Assembly (NCBI GenBank): GCA_002506665.1
Contig: DAXZ01000053.1
Location: forward strand, 7,337 to 71,336
Direction: 5' to 3'
Origin: Nitrosopumilus sp. UBA526
GTDB taxonomy: Archaea; Thermoproteota; Nitrososphaeria; Nitrososphaerales; Nitrosopumilaceae
DNA length: 64,000 nucleotides
In this document: in pieces, positions 51,627-61,435 of the stretch
Layout of the letters: each line of letters opens with the position of its first letter
Position numbering within the stretch: the first letter of the stretch is position 1
Made by a program: the position numbers and the translations under genes
The notes under the pieces: generated by a model
The model's database searches: none
What the model was told of the DNA's origin: nothing
What the model saw: only the letters and a program-made list of their open reading frames with translations

Positions 51627-51832
51627 TGCAATATGTTGTTGATTTACGAATATATCTTTTTGATTGGGGTTTTGTACTATCTGGGGATTTATGTAACTGT
51701 GGTTTATGCCATTTCTTCTCTTATATCTGTGTGGAGAATTCTTGAATTACCCTGTATCTTGTGTTTAGTTTTGGTGACTCTTTTGAGTAAAAAATTGGCT
51801 AATCTTTTGAATAGAATTATTTGTATGAATTA

Positions 51833-52018
51833 CTATGTGGCCGTTCTTGGTTCACCGTGAAGTTTCTTTTTGTATGCAATCACTCTTTCTCTGACCTCAT
51901 CTGGCAGATCCTCCATTTTCCATGCTCCAATTCTCAAGCCATGAAGGACATTGGCAACAGAAAACATTTTGTTTCTGCAGTTTGGTGGGGCAAATGTATT
52001 TGGAATATCTTGAACCAT
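51833..52018 (-). CDS. 61-aa microprotein, paralog A (putative antitoxin/partner)
   Basis: Paralog at 52897; differences mostly synonymous; own TTATAT box. Confidence 0.78.
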   Translation of the reverse strand: MVQDIPNTFAPPNCRNKMFSVANVLHGLRIGAWKMEDLPDEVRERVIAYKKKLHGEPRTAT

Positions 52019-52053
52019 AAGGTATCATACGGTGACACTTGAATATAACCTTA

Positions 52054-52542
52054 TCATTCTGTTTCTATAAACTCGTGGTCTCCATTAGGAAACATACGTA
52101 AAACAGATTTTTGTGCATAGTGTTTGGCCATCATCATTACTACCTTATGACTAGCTTGAACAGGATAGGATACATCCAAATATTTTTGTCCATCTTCTTC
52201 CCATGCTCCATATATGGGCGTATTACTGAATTTCAATACTTGGTTAAATGCTGACTCAACCTCACGATCTAGTGTTCTCCCTTCGTGGTTGGTTATAGCA
52301 ATAAAGTCAATATCTTTTTTGGGATCAAATTCTGGATGGAACTTTAGCATCTCTTTAAAGAGCGCAAATGCCTCTTTTCCAACGGTAGCATCAAATGCAT
52401 TGCCAGTTGCCGGATTCAACGAGTATCCAATACGGTTATCCTTGTCAATAATACTTTGACATTTTTCTCTAGTATCATCAAAGCTAGGTGCAGGAGGACA
52501 TTTCTTGACTGGTCTCTTTGGAGAACCGTCTTTTGACTGCAT
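52054..52542 (-). CDS. Hypothetical protein with SAM-lyase/DUF3293-like C-terminal motif
   Basis: FIAITN...YGAW.E....LDVS......A..YAQKSVL; likely start ATG 52542 (162 aa); ORF open to 52662. Confidence 0.6.
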   Translation of the reverse strand: MQSKDGSPKRPVKKCPPAPSFDDTREKCQSIIDKDNRIGYSLNPATGNAFDATVGKEAFALFKEMLKFHPEFDPKKDIDFIAITNHEGRTLDREVESAFNQVLKFSNTPIYGAWEEDGQKYLDVSYPVQASHKVVMMMAKHYAQKSVLRMFPNGDHEFIETE

Positions 52543-52896
52543 GTACAAGGAATTTTCTTTAGATATTTTCCGTTTTGGGTTGCTTTCTATGATCGCATCT
52601 ATGCACCCAAGATAATACCAGAGCCTCTTTATCAATAACACGACATACTTTTGAATGTTCATACCTCATAGTACGGTATAGTACTGCATAATAATCTTTT
52701 GTATGCTTCGGCAGAGTTACCGGGACGGGCATACAGATTTCTCTGAATCAAATCTCATATCTATTTGTATAACGACATATTTTGAATAATGATTTTTCGT
52801 TGGTTAGTGCCATCTACAATAATCTTTGATGCTTTCAAAGTATGACCATTCAGACTATTAAGAAAATATCTATGTAAACTTTCGGCGCACTATAAG

Positions 52897-53079
52897 CTAT
52901 CCTTGATTTCCCACGTGAATCTTCTTTTTGTATGCAATCACTCTTTCTCTGACCTCGTCTGGCAGATCCTCCATTTTCCATGCACCGATTCTCAAGCCTT
53001 GGAGAACACTGGCAACAGAAAACATTTTGTTTTTGCAGTTTGGTGGGGCAAATGTATTTGGTATGTCTACTGGAAGCAT
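52897..53079 (-). CDS. 60-aa microprotein, paralog B
   Basis: 47 of 51 core residues identical to paralog A. Confidence 0.78.
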   Translation of the reverse strand: MLPVDIPNTFAPPNCKNKMFSVASVLQGLRIGAWKMEDLPDEVRERVIAYKKKIHVGNQG

Positions 53080-53115
53080 GCAAGTAACACCATACTCTGG
53101 AATATAACTTTGGTG

Positions 53116-53181
53116 TTATTTTATCTCGATAAACTTGAAACGACCATCCGGCGATATACGCAAAACAAATTTTTGTGTCAT
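53116..53181 (-). pseudogene. 3'-end relic of a paralog of the 52054..52542 gene
   Basis: TQKFVLRISPDGRFKFIEIK* vs AQKSVLRMFPNGDHEFIETE*, in the same position relative to the microprotein gene. Confidence 0.75.
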
Positions 53182-53519
53182 GTGCGGGAATATTTCTAGT
53201 ATTCATATCTGGAATTTTTTACTATCCATTGACAGGTGTAATGTTTGTAGGTGTTGTAGGCGCTAGACTGCAACCAGACATTGAAAATTCTCCTAGCATT
53301 GTAGATGTGCCAAAACCCCCCTCAAAGTTTTTACAATAATGCATATTATTTTGCAATCTATGGAGTGCCGTTTTTGATATTGTGACGGTATCTTGTGTTT
53401 GAGTCTAGACCCAGTCAACATGTCTGCATAATACTAGAAACTCTGGGGACTGTTCTCTCTGGGATGTGTATTCTCATCAGATCTGCTGGAATTTCTGACA
53501 ATCTTCTATCCTGGTTAAA

Positions 53520-54149
53520 TCACAACTCATCAAACGCTCTCAAAAATACCTCTAGTGGCTGATTCCCCCTTATCTTGACAAAGTCTTTGTCATTAAATAT
53601 GATAAATGACGGTGTTGCATCAATGCCTATCTCCTGCCCAGACTCGTAGAGCATTCGTACTTTGTCTTGATATTTGTGCTCATCTAGACACTCGATAAAT
53701 TCGTCCGGGTTCAATTCTATGGTATCTGCAAAGCCTGCAAGCGAGTCTCTGTTTACCCAGCCGGTATTCTCCCCTGCCCAATTCTTGTACAACTCGTCAT
53801 GGTACTGCCAATATTTCTGCTGGTCTCCTGCGCAGTATGAGGCTTCTGCTGCAAGGACAGAATCAGGGCCATTTAGTGCAAAGTCCTTAAAGACCATCTT
53901 GACTCTGCCAGTATCAATAAAATCCTGCTGTATTATATTGCGTGTCCCTTGGTGAAACTTGAAACAGTACGTACACTGATAGTCCCCCCATTCTAGGATG
54001 GTAATGGGGGCATCTGAATCCCCTAGTATTGGCGAGCCGCCCTCTGATAATTCTGCTCCAAGTGAGTACGGTCTACTAACATCTGATGTCAGATAAAATC
54101 CTGCAGCTAGTCCTATTACTGCCGGTATTGCCAACAGGTACAGTCTCAT
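53520..54149 (-). CDS. DsbA/thioredoxin-fold protein
   Basis: EWGDYQCTYC, ATPSF; N-terminal anchor. Confidence 0.9.
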   Translation of the reverse strand: MRLYLLAIPAVIGLAAGFYLTSDVSRPYSLGAELSEGGSPILGDSDAPITILEWGDYQCTYCFKFHQGTRNIIQQDFIDTGRVKMVFKDFALNGPDSVLAAEASYCAGDQQKYWQYHDELYKNWAGENTGWVNRDSLAGFADTIELNPDEFIECLDEHKYQDKVRMLYESGQEIGIDATPSFIIFNDKDFVKIRGNQPLEVFLRAFDEL

Positions 54150-54195
54150 GCAATGGACAGTTACTGCTTTGGGTAAATATCTGTCTCTGCGAATA

Positions 54196-54211
54196 TTGTG
54201 AAATGTCACAA
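54196..54211. promoter_or_regulatory. Inverted repeat TTGTGA-AATG-TCACAA between the divergent dsbA-like and cbtB genes
   Basis: 6-4-6 palindrome upstream of AT-rich TATA-like boxes. Confidence 0.4.
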
Positions 54212-54282
54212 AGATAATCTGATCGCTTTATAAATAAAATAGCCATACAAGAGCTTAAATATATTCATAAGATTTGTTCATC

Positions 54283-54498
54283 ATGTTCAAATCAGAACAG
54301 GTCAATATCTCAAAAACCAACATTCCAAAGCTGGCAATTATTGCACTAGCTGCAGTCTTTGCAGTGGGCCTGTTTGTTGTAGGATTTGATCAAGGACACA
54401 TCTTTAGCCTAGTTTATGGGGAGCAGGCATTTACTGATCTTTATATTCATGAGCTCACCCATGATATGAGACATGCCGCAGGATTTCCGTGTCACTAA
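54283..54498 (+). CDS. cbtB: Cobalt transporter subunit CbtB
   Basis: HELTHDMRHAAGFPCH C-terminus. Confidence 0.9.
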   Translation: MFKSEQVNISKTNIPKLAIIALAAVFAVGLFVVGFDQGHIFSLVYGEQAFTDLYIHELTHDMRHAAGFPCH

Positions 54499-54500
54499 AC

Positions 54501-55220
54501 ATGAAGACCGTTTTATTCATAATTGTTGTTTTGATATCAGGTGCATTTGCAGGACTGATTCATGGAACTGTAAATCTAGTTCTAGTGGAACCATATCTTG
54601 ATGTGGCAATCGGGATTGAAAATAACAGTCTCTTTGCAACCGGTCTGGAAAAAGACACTCCTGAATTCTGGGCGGCGTATGACGGATACCGCACATGGCA
54701 AAAGAGCGGCCAGATTCTCGCAGGTGTGATACTTGGAACCTCTATAGGCTCACTCTTTGGAATTGTATTTGCATTATCTCGTGGCTCTATTCCTGGTAAT
54801 CATGATGTGAAAAAATCCCTCATCTTGGCAGGAATTATGTGGTTTACACTATACCTTTTACCATTTCTCAAATACCCTGCAAATCCCCCCACTGTAGGAA
54901 ACGAGGAGACGTTGGTTCTACGGGTTGCACTGTATGTGTCATTTATTATACTGTCAGGTGTGGGTGCTCTGGCATTTTACAAGCTATCAAAGAGATTCAA
55001 AAGATCAATTGCCATACTAGGCTATGCCATATTCATAGCTGCACTCTTTGTTGTAATGCCGGATAATCCTGATGAGATAACGGCGCCTGCAAGTCTTGTA
55101 AATGAATTTAGATTTGTATCTGTTCTTGGTGTCACGTCATTTTGGGTATCAGTTGGTCTCATCCTGGGTTTATTTTGGAGTCGTCTAGAGCCACACAAGG
55201 AGACTGCTCAATATACATAA
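54501..55220 (+). CDS. cbtA: Cobalt transporter subunit CbtA
   Basis: EPYLD.AI..E, PFLKYPANPP; adjacent to cbtB. Confidence 0.88.
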   Translation: MKTVLFIIVVLISGAFAGLIHGTVNLVLVEPYLDVAIGIENNSLFATGLEKDTPEFWAAYDGYRTWQKSGQILAGVILGTSIGSLFGIVFALSRGSIPGNHDVKKSLILAGIMWFTLYLLPFLKYPANPPTVGNEETLVLRVALYVSFIILSGVGALAFYKLSKRFKRSIAILGYAIFIAALFVVMPDNPDEITAPASLVNEFRFVSVLGVTSFWVSVGLILGLFWSRLEPHKETAQYT

Positions 55221-55240
55221 TTGTTCTGAATCTATAGAAT
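55221..55240. promoter_or_regulatory. Candidate operator TTGTTCT-N8-AGAAT upstream of the HTH gene pair
   Basis: Same motif recurs upstream of the FTR1 gene. Confidence 0.45.
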
Positions 55241-55291
55241 GAGAATGATTTCATCTTGTTTAAATATACGCCCTGATGTACGAGTATCTGT

Positions 55292-55621
55292 ATGTCAAGA
55301 CGACTGACACTGCCTCAGCTAAAAAAGTATGATATCACTCAAAAGGTAATTACAGCACTTGCAGATTCTGAATCTCGGGCAATCTTGTTTTCTATAATCA
55401 AAAAGGGAAATACAGCTGCTGAGCTCTCAGACAAACTAAAGATTCCACTTAGTTCTGTATACAAAAAACTCGCCGATCTCGAGGAACTCACATTAATCGA
55501 GGTTGAGAAATGGATGTTATCAGACAAGGGCAGAAGATACAAGGTCTATAGGAGCAGGATAAGCAAGGCTGATATCTCAATTAGGAGGCCAGAGCCCACA
55601 CTCACATTAATTCCAAACTAG
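55292..55621 (+). CDS. ArsR-like winged-helix regulator
   Basis: TAAELSDKLKIPLSSVYKKL. Confidence 0.85.
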   Translation: MSRRLTLPQLKKYDITQKVITALADSESRAILFSIIKKGNTAAELSDKLKIPLSSVYKKLADLEELTLIEVEKWMLSDKGRRYKVYRSRISKADISIRRPEPTLTLIPN

Positions 55622-55638
55622 AGAGCGGTGATATCATT

Positions 55639-55989
55639 ATGCAAAAACCTACAATAATCGAACTCTCAGAATTTGACATTACACAAAAGATAATCGAGTC
55701 CCTCAGCAATGTATGCACCAGATCAGTGCTATTCTCAGTCAAGCGCGAGTCAAAGGACGTAACTCAGATTGCCGATGAGCTAAAGTTATCGCTATCTACA
55801 GTATACAAGACGTTATCAACCTTGGAGGATCTTGCCCTAGCTGAGGTTGACAGGTATGTAATTTCTTCTGATGGCAAAAAGATAAAGCTGTACAGAAGCA
55901 GGATTGACAAGGTAGAGATTATCTTGGGCGACCAGGAACCATTTTTAAATCTGTACTCCAACACTGCAAATCCAAAGTCCATCACATGA
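55639..55989 (+). CDS. ArsR-like winged-helix regulator, paralog of the upstream gene
   Basis: DITQK, IADELKLSLSTVYKTL, YRSRI. Confidence 0.85.
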   Translation: MQKPTIIELSEFDITQKIIESLSNVCTRSVLFSVKRESKDVTQIADELKLSLSTVYKTLSTLEDLALAEVDRYVISSDGKKIKLYRSRIDKVEIILGDQEPFLNLYSNTANPKSIT

Positions 55990-56031
55990 TGTGGGATAAA
56001 TTTGTATGTTGTAATTTGATTTAAAATTCTC

Positions 56032-56051
56032 TTGTTCTATACTATTAGAAT
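56032..56051. promoter_or_regulatory. Candidate operator TTGTTCT-N8-AGAAT upstream of FTR1
   Basis: Matches 55221..55240; followed by TTTAAATA. Confidence 0.45.
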
Positions 56052-56094
56052 CAGTATCGGTTTTAAATAATCAACACAGACATTATCACATATC

Positions 56095-58302
56095 TTGATT
56101 CTCCAGCAGTACACCTTGCTGTTTGTTGGCCTGCTTGTGATGGTTCCTGCCACACATGCAGTTTATGCATATTCTGATACTGATACGTCATCAGTAACAG
56201 TATCAGAGATACTGTCTTATTCCCTGCCTGTAATCAAAGAGCAGATACGAGACGGTAACATTGATGATGCAAGAACGCTTTCTGCAATTAATGCCGAGAT
56301 ATTTCCATTACACCTGCAGAATCTCAGGGCATATGACGGTGCAGTAACTGACGAGATTCACATTTTACTACTTGACATACATGACGGCATTGGAGATGTG
56401 CCAGACTCGGAGATACTAGTACAGATAGAAAACATTGAGAGACTTTTAATGACATATCCCATTATGGATCCAGACTATGGCATGGTAATTGCCATGCTCT
56501 TGAGTGTATCTGATGAGCAGTATCAAAAGTCACAGGTTCACAATAATCCTTTACTATATGACTATGCACTTTATCTTGCCGAACGCTCCCATGAACTGTT
56601 TTCACATACTGTATATGACGATCGTCTGAGATTAGAGATTGACTCGTTTCTAGGTGATTTAACACGTCAAATAAAAGACAAGCAAGACTTTGTCCTAGTT
56701 GGGACACTAGTTACCACAATTAACCGTGACCTGACAGGCGCAGAGCCCGTATCATATGACAAACAAGGACTCTATGATGCCATTTATGGGCTGTACGATG
56801 AGATGCTCGTAGCGCTTGATACTGCAAACTATGACACAGCCGAAGCCCTTGCAATAGAGGCATATCTTGAAAACTTTGAGTATCTAGAAGCAGACATTGA
56901 GCAAGCAGACCCCGAACTCTTGTATTCATTAGAGCTTGACATGCGAGAGGAACTGCGTACCATGATCAAAGACGGCCAAGACTCTGAGCAGATAAGGGCA
57001 TTTCTCCAAGAATCGATACTGCCTGATTTACAAACTGCAGAATCTATGGTAACAACACAAGGTGGGACAGTATCAGGTGATATCATACCTCAAAAAGTGA
57101 TTCGTGAAATGGGTGATGCTAGCAGTGAGCAAAAGTCTGGCGTCAGATCTGAGATTGACTTTATCCGTAATACCCTGCAAGAGATGCTAATCCAGTATGA
57201 TACAGGGGATTACCAGGCAGCATACAACTCTGCACGGACTGCATACCTTGATAGTTACGAGTCAGTAGAGATTCCACTGCGCGCCATCAATCCTGACTTT
57301 ACGCTTGAAGTCGAGTTTCAGTTTGCTAGTTTACGAAACCTGATAAAAGAACAGGCAGAATACGACAAAGTTCGGGATCAAAGCATTGCAATAAAGCGAA
57401 ATCTTGACGAATCTGAACGCCTAGTTACAGGGACAGGCGTACTTGCACCTGCCATTGCATTTTCCTCGTCCTTTGCTGTAATATTTCGTGAGGGTCTCGA
57501 GTCAGTTTTGGTGCTGGGCGCCATCCTGACCTACCTTGAGGCGTCCCGTAATAATAGATTCAAAAAGCATGTGTATCTCGGGGTGCTCTTTGCAGTCGCT
57601 GCAACTGCTGTCACCTGGTTTGTTGCATCATTTATCATTGATATCTCTGGTGCCAACCGTGAACTCATCGAGGCGATAGCCGCACTGTCTGCAACTGCAA
57701 TGCTGTTTTATGTCAGTTTCTGGGTACTAAACAAGATAGAGCACAAAAAGTGGATGGAGTTTGTAAAGGCAAAGGTCTGGCAGGCCACAACTACCGGAAG
57801 TGTCACGGTATTTGTCTTGCTGTCATTTTTTACGGTATACAGGGAAGGCTTTGAGACTGTGTTGTTTTACCAGGCAATGTCGGGATTTGCAAAATACATG
57901 GAGGGCTATGTTGGATTGGGATTTGCAGCAGGCCTCGGTGTGTTGTTTTTGATATACTATATCATGAGAAAGATTGGACGAAGGCTTCCTTTGCGGGTAT
58001 TGTTTGGTTTGACAATGGGGGTTGGTGCATACATGTCTATTACATTTCTTGGAAATGCAGTAAGGGAGCTACAGATACTAGACCTTGTTCCATATACAGG
58101 ACTCTTTGGTATAATTCCGAGACTCGATATCAATTTGGCCACAATGACTGGAATCTATCCTACTTTGGAGACCATATTGTCACAGCTAGTCCTGCTTGGG
58201 ATTTATCTTGTAGCATCACTATACGTGCTTGTGCTGAGGCCAAGACTGGAGAAACGATTAACTGCCATGAGAAGATCACATGGGGATGCCAATGCCTGCT
58301 AA
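56095..58302 (+). CDS. FTR1-family iron permease with large extracellular N-terminal domain
   Basis: Two REGxE motifs (FREGLES, YREGFET). Confidence 0.92.
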   Translation: MILQQYTLLFVGLLVMVPATHAVYAYSDTDTSSVTVSEILSYSLPVIKEQIRDGNIDDARTLSAINAEIFPLHLQNLRAYDGAVTDEIHILLLDIHDGIGDVPDSEILVQIENIERLLMTYPIMDPDYGMVIAMLLSVSDEQYQKSQVHNNPLLYDYALYLAERSHELFSHTVYDDRLRLEIDSFLGDLTRQIKDKQDFVLVGTLVTTINRDLTGAEPVSYDKQGLYDAIYGLYDEMLVALDTANYDTAEALAIEAYLENFEYLEADIEQADPELLYSLELDMREELRTMIKDGQDSEQIRAFLQESILPDLQTAESMVTTQGGTVSGDIIPQKVIREMGDASSEQKSGVRSEIDFIRNTLQEMLIQYDTGDYQAAYNSARTAYLDSYESVEIPLRAINPDFTLEVEFQFASLRNLIKEQAEYDKVRDQSIAIKRNLDESERLVTGTGVLAPAIAFSSSFAVIFREGLESVLVLGAILTYLEASRNNRFKKHVYLGVLFAVAATAVTWFVASFIIDISGANRELIEAIAALSATAMLFYVSFWVLNKIEHKKWMEFVKAKVWQATTTGSVTVFVLLSFFTVYREGFETVLFYQAMSGFAKYMEGYVGLGFAAGLGVLFLIYYIMRKIGRRLPLRVLFGLTMGVGAYMSITFLGNAVRELQILDLVPYTGLFGIIPRLDINLATMTGIYPTLETILSQLVLLGIYLVASLYVLVLRPRLEKRLTAMRRSHGDANAC

Positions 58303-60388
58303 ACGAAGGGTTCGTGTTGGCATTGATGTTGGAGGGACATTCACAAAGGCCGTGGCAATAGACGCAAAGACTGGCGCTGTCATCTCAAAGTCTACTGTAC
58401 CTACCACACATAATGCCGCAAAGGGGGTGTCTGAGGGAATAGTTGATGCGCTTTGTACCATACTGTTACGGTCTGATATCGGGGTGTCAGACATTGAACT
58501 CATATCACATAGCACAACTCAGGCAATCAATGCACTGCTTGAATCTGATACATCCAAGGTGGGAATAATTGCAATGGGTGTGGGACCATCAAAGAAAGAC
58601 ATTGTAAAGAGAACTGACTTGCATGATAATGACATTGTATCTTTTCATGAATTTCTAGATACATCGCATCTCATAACAGAAGAAGAAGTTGAAGAGGCGG
58701 TTTTGCGACTGCGATCAAAGGGCGCCCAGGTGATTGTTGCAACAGAGGCCTTTGGGGTGGACGACCCTGCAAACGAGCTGTTCATAATGAACCGTTCTGC
58801 AAAATATGGCATTCCGTCTACTGCGTCCCATGAGATCTCTGGCGTCTATGGACTAGAGATAAGGACACTGACAGCGGCCATCAATGCAAGCGTACTGCCA
58901 AAGACCATGCAGGTTGCAAACTATGTTGAAGAAGCAATCAGGGAGACCGGGGTTCAGGCACCTCTGATGATAATGAAGGGCGATGGCGGGGTATCTGATA
59001 TGAATACATTTAGAACTAGGCCCATACTGACTGTACTGTCGGGGCCTGCAGCTAGTGTTGCTGGCGCGTTACTATACCTCAAGGTTACCAACGGAATATT
59101 TGTCGAAGTAGGCGGGACTAGTACCAATATCTGTATCATCAAGGACGGCAAGCCTGAGATTAGATACGTTACGGTAAACGAGCATCCGACATGCATTCGT
59201 TCCATGGATGTAAGAATCCTGGGCGTTGCCGGTGGCAGCATGATACAACTTGACAAGGGCAGGGTTTCAAAGATTGGGCCCCGGAGTGCACACATTGCAG
59301 GCATAAAGTATGCGTGCTTTGCTGACCCTGATACATTAAAGTCAGGCAACATAGTCCTTGTACGGCCAAAGGCAAAAGATGCCAAATATGTGGCAATACA
59401 GTGCGGTGATGAGACCTTTGCAATTACAAATACCTGTGCTGCAAACGCCCTTGAGATGATTGATAAAGATGATTATGCTGCGGCAAATACAGAGTCTGCA
59501 AAGACGGCTTTGAAGATGTTAGGCGAGTATCTCGGAGTGTCATATCACGAGATTGCAATGTCTGTGATTCAGACGGCATCATTTGATATAACTAGAACCA
59601 TATCTGGTATCATCAAAGAGTTCAAACTGGAATCTACAACTCAGATAATTGGCGGAGGGGGAGGTGCATCTGTTCTTGCACCATTTGTTGCAAAACAGCT
59701 TGGACTGAGATACACAAAGGCAGAACATGCTGACGTCATATCATCAATCGGGGTCGCCTCCTCCATGCTTCAAGAAGTAATCGAGCAGACAGTTACTCAT
59801 GCAACTTCAAAACAGATATCGCAGGTACAAAAAAAGATTCACGGCATCCTAGTTGAAAAGGGGGCGGTTCCTGAATCCATAGTAATTGACAGTGTATACA
59901 TTGCCGAAAAGTCACTGTTGCGGGTAACTGCCATAGGCAATGTTGAGATGGATAGTGCAGAGACCTCTAAAAGTGTCTTTACCTTGTATGATGCTAAAAA
60001 AAGGGCAGGCGAGATAATTGATATAACAACAGAACTAGTCGAGTTGAGCTATGAGACTGATCACTATTTTGTCTTTACCGGACACGTTGAGGTAAAGAAA
60101 CTCTTTAGCAAGAAAAACCAGCACCATATACTAGTGTTGGATAGGTATGGCAGACTAAAACTGTCACTGAAAAACGCCAAAATATTCCAAGGCGGCAAGA
60201 TTTCGGTCCTTGAGGAGTTGGATGACTTTATGGAATCAAGACATTCTGAGATTGCCCCAAAGATCTTTTTGTTAAATGACCTCAAACTAGTCGACTATTC
60301 TAGTATGACATCAGCTGCCAAGATAATTGACGGTGTGCGCGCAGACCTGGCAGAATCTGAAAAAGCCGCAGTCCTGGCAGAACTCTAA
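58280..60388 (+). CDS. Hydantoinase/oxoprolinase A-family protein
   Basis: GIDVGGTFT, HSTT, SGPAAS, EVGGTST. Confidence 0.88.
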   Translation: MGMPMPAKRRVRVGIDVGGTFTKAVAIDAKTGAVISKSTVPTTHNAAKGVSEGIVDALCTILLRSDIGVSDIELISHSTTQAINALLESDTSKVGIIAMGVGPSKKDIVKRTDLHDNDIVSFHEFLDTSHLITEEEVEEAVLRLRSKGAQVIVATEAFGVDDPANELFIMNRSAKYGIPSTASHEISGVYGLEIRTLTAAINASVLPKTMQVANYVEEAIRETGVQAPLMIMKGDGGVSDMNTFRTRPILTVLSGPAASVAGALLYLKVTNGIFVEVGGTSTNICIIKDGKPEIRYVTVNEHPTCIRSMDVRILGVAGGSMIQLDKGRVSKIGPRSAHIAGIKYACFADPDTLKSGNIVLVRPKAKDAKYVAIQCGDETFAITNTCAANALEMIDKDDYAAANTESAKTALKMLGEYLGVSYHEIAMSVIQTASFDITRTISGIIKEFKLESTTQIIGGGGGASVLAPFVAKQLGLRYTKAEHADVISSIGVASSMLQEVIEQTVTHATSKQISQVQKKIHGILVEKGAVPESIVIDSVYIAEKSLLRVTAIGNVEMDSAETSKSVFTLYDAKKRAGEIIDITTELVELSYETDHYFVFTGHVEVKKLFSKKNQHHILVLDRYGRLKLSLKNAKIFQGGKISVLEELDDFMESRHSEIAPKIFLLNDLKLVDYSSMTSAAKIIDGVRADLAESEKAAVLAEL

Positions 60389-61410
60389 GTCGTTATATCA
60401 TTTAACCTGCCTGATTCAAAAGCAGTCTTTATCTCGCGTGCAATCCTTCTGCCCATGCTAAGCGGCTGGCCAAATAACAGGGAATAGTATGGCGAGCCAT
60501 CCATGTAGATGTTTGTTCCTGCAACAATTCTTGCAGAAAACTCAAACGATGTAAACTCGGCATTCTCATCATATACACCCTCTATGCAAAAAGGCCCGTT
60601 CATGCCGGGTTTTACTATTCTCTTTGCAGCTTTGACAAAATTCTCACCCATCTCATATACCATATCTAGCAGTGACTCTCGCAGCACTAGGGGACTGTTC
60701 CCTATCACATTAAATGATGGAATCTTTTTTGATTGCAGCTGTTGCTCTGATGGCATTCGTGCCAATCCTTCAATGTCTGACTCGTGTCTCTGGTCTGCAC
60801 CAAAGAACTCGAGTGTCTCCATTAGTGGCGAGTAAAAGAACTGTAGATATGCTAGTACCCCGCTCACATACTCTTGGATGTATAGTGGTTCGTCTTTTGA
60901 GAGTGTACCGTTAGATATGAGATTGTCTCTTTTTGTATCATACTCGTGTGTACTTGATGCCATGAAATAGCCCCTGCCGCCAGCCGCTCCCTGTCTCTTG
61001 ACAATTACAGTCCCTGTGATATCTTTTGGATTCTTTACAGGCTTTGGCATTGGAAGCTGCGCTTCTCGCATCAGTTTCTCTTTCATGTCCCTGTCTGACT
61101 CCCATCGTAGAATCCACTTGTTGCCAAACATTGGTATATTTATGGACTCTATCTCATCTGCACTCATCTGTGCAATTAGTGTTCCATGAGGAATCAGGAC
61201 TGCCTTGCTCTCCTCAAGTGTACGTTGTAGTTTTTTATCTAGTATCTCTTTGAATGAATCAACCATAATTAGATCATCGATAAACGGGAATCGTCTGTAT
61301 AGTTTTTCACGTTTTTTCTCACATACAAGAATTGTCTTTAGCCCCTCGTCTTTTGCCCCCTTTAGAATTTGCAATGAGCAGTGGGAGCCTAGAGTTGCAA
61401 TTGCAGTCAT
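60385..61410 (-). CDS. purP: Formate-dependent AICAR ligase (PurP family)
   Basis: IATLGSH.SLQILKGAK.EG, PHG, GGRGYF, FEFSARIVAGTN. Confidence 0.92.
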   Translation of the reverse strand: MTAIATLGSHCSLQILKGAKDEGLKTILVCEKKREKLYRRFPFIDDLIMVDSFKEILDKKLQRTLEESKAVLIPHGTLIAQMSADEIESINIPMFGNKWILRWESDRDMKEKLMREAQLPMPKPVKNPKDITGTVIVKRQGAAGGRGYFMASSTHEYDTKRDNLISNGTLSKDEPLYIQEYVSGVLAYLQFFYSPLMETLEFFGADQRHESDIEGLARMPSEQQLQSKKIPSFNVIGNSPLVLRESLLDMVYEMGENFVKAAKRIVKPGMNGPFCIEGVYDENAEFTSFEFSARIVAGTNIYMDGSPYYSLLFGQPLSMGRRIAREIKTAFESGRLNDITT

Positions 61411-61435
61411 CAATGTTTCTGAGGGGGATGGTACT

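Noticed and set aside
52850-53206. 118-aa minus-strand ORF and 98-aa plus-strand ORF from the track
   Set aside because: They overlap microprotein B in other frames; the synonymous-substitution pattern supports only the 60-aa frame
54150-54282. Cobalamin riboswitch upstream of cbtB
   Set aside because: Short AT-rich spacer with no B12-box sequence
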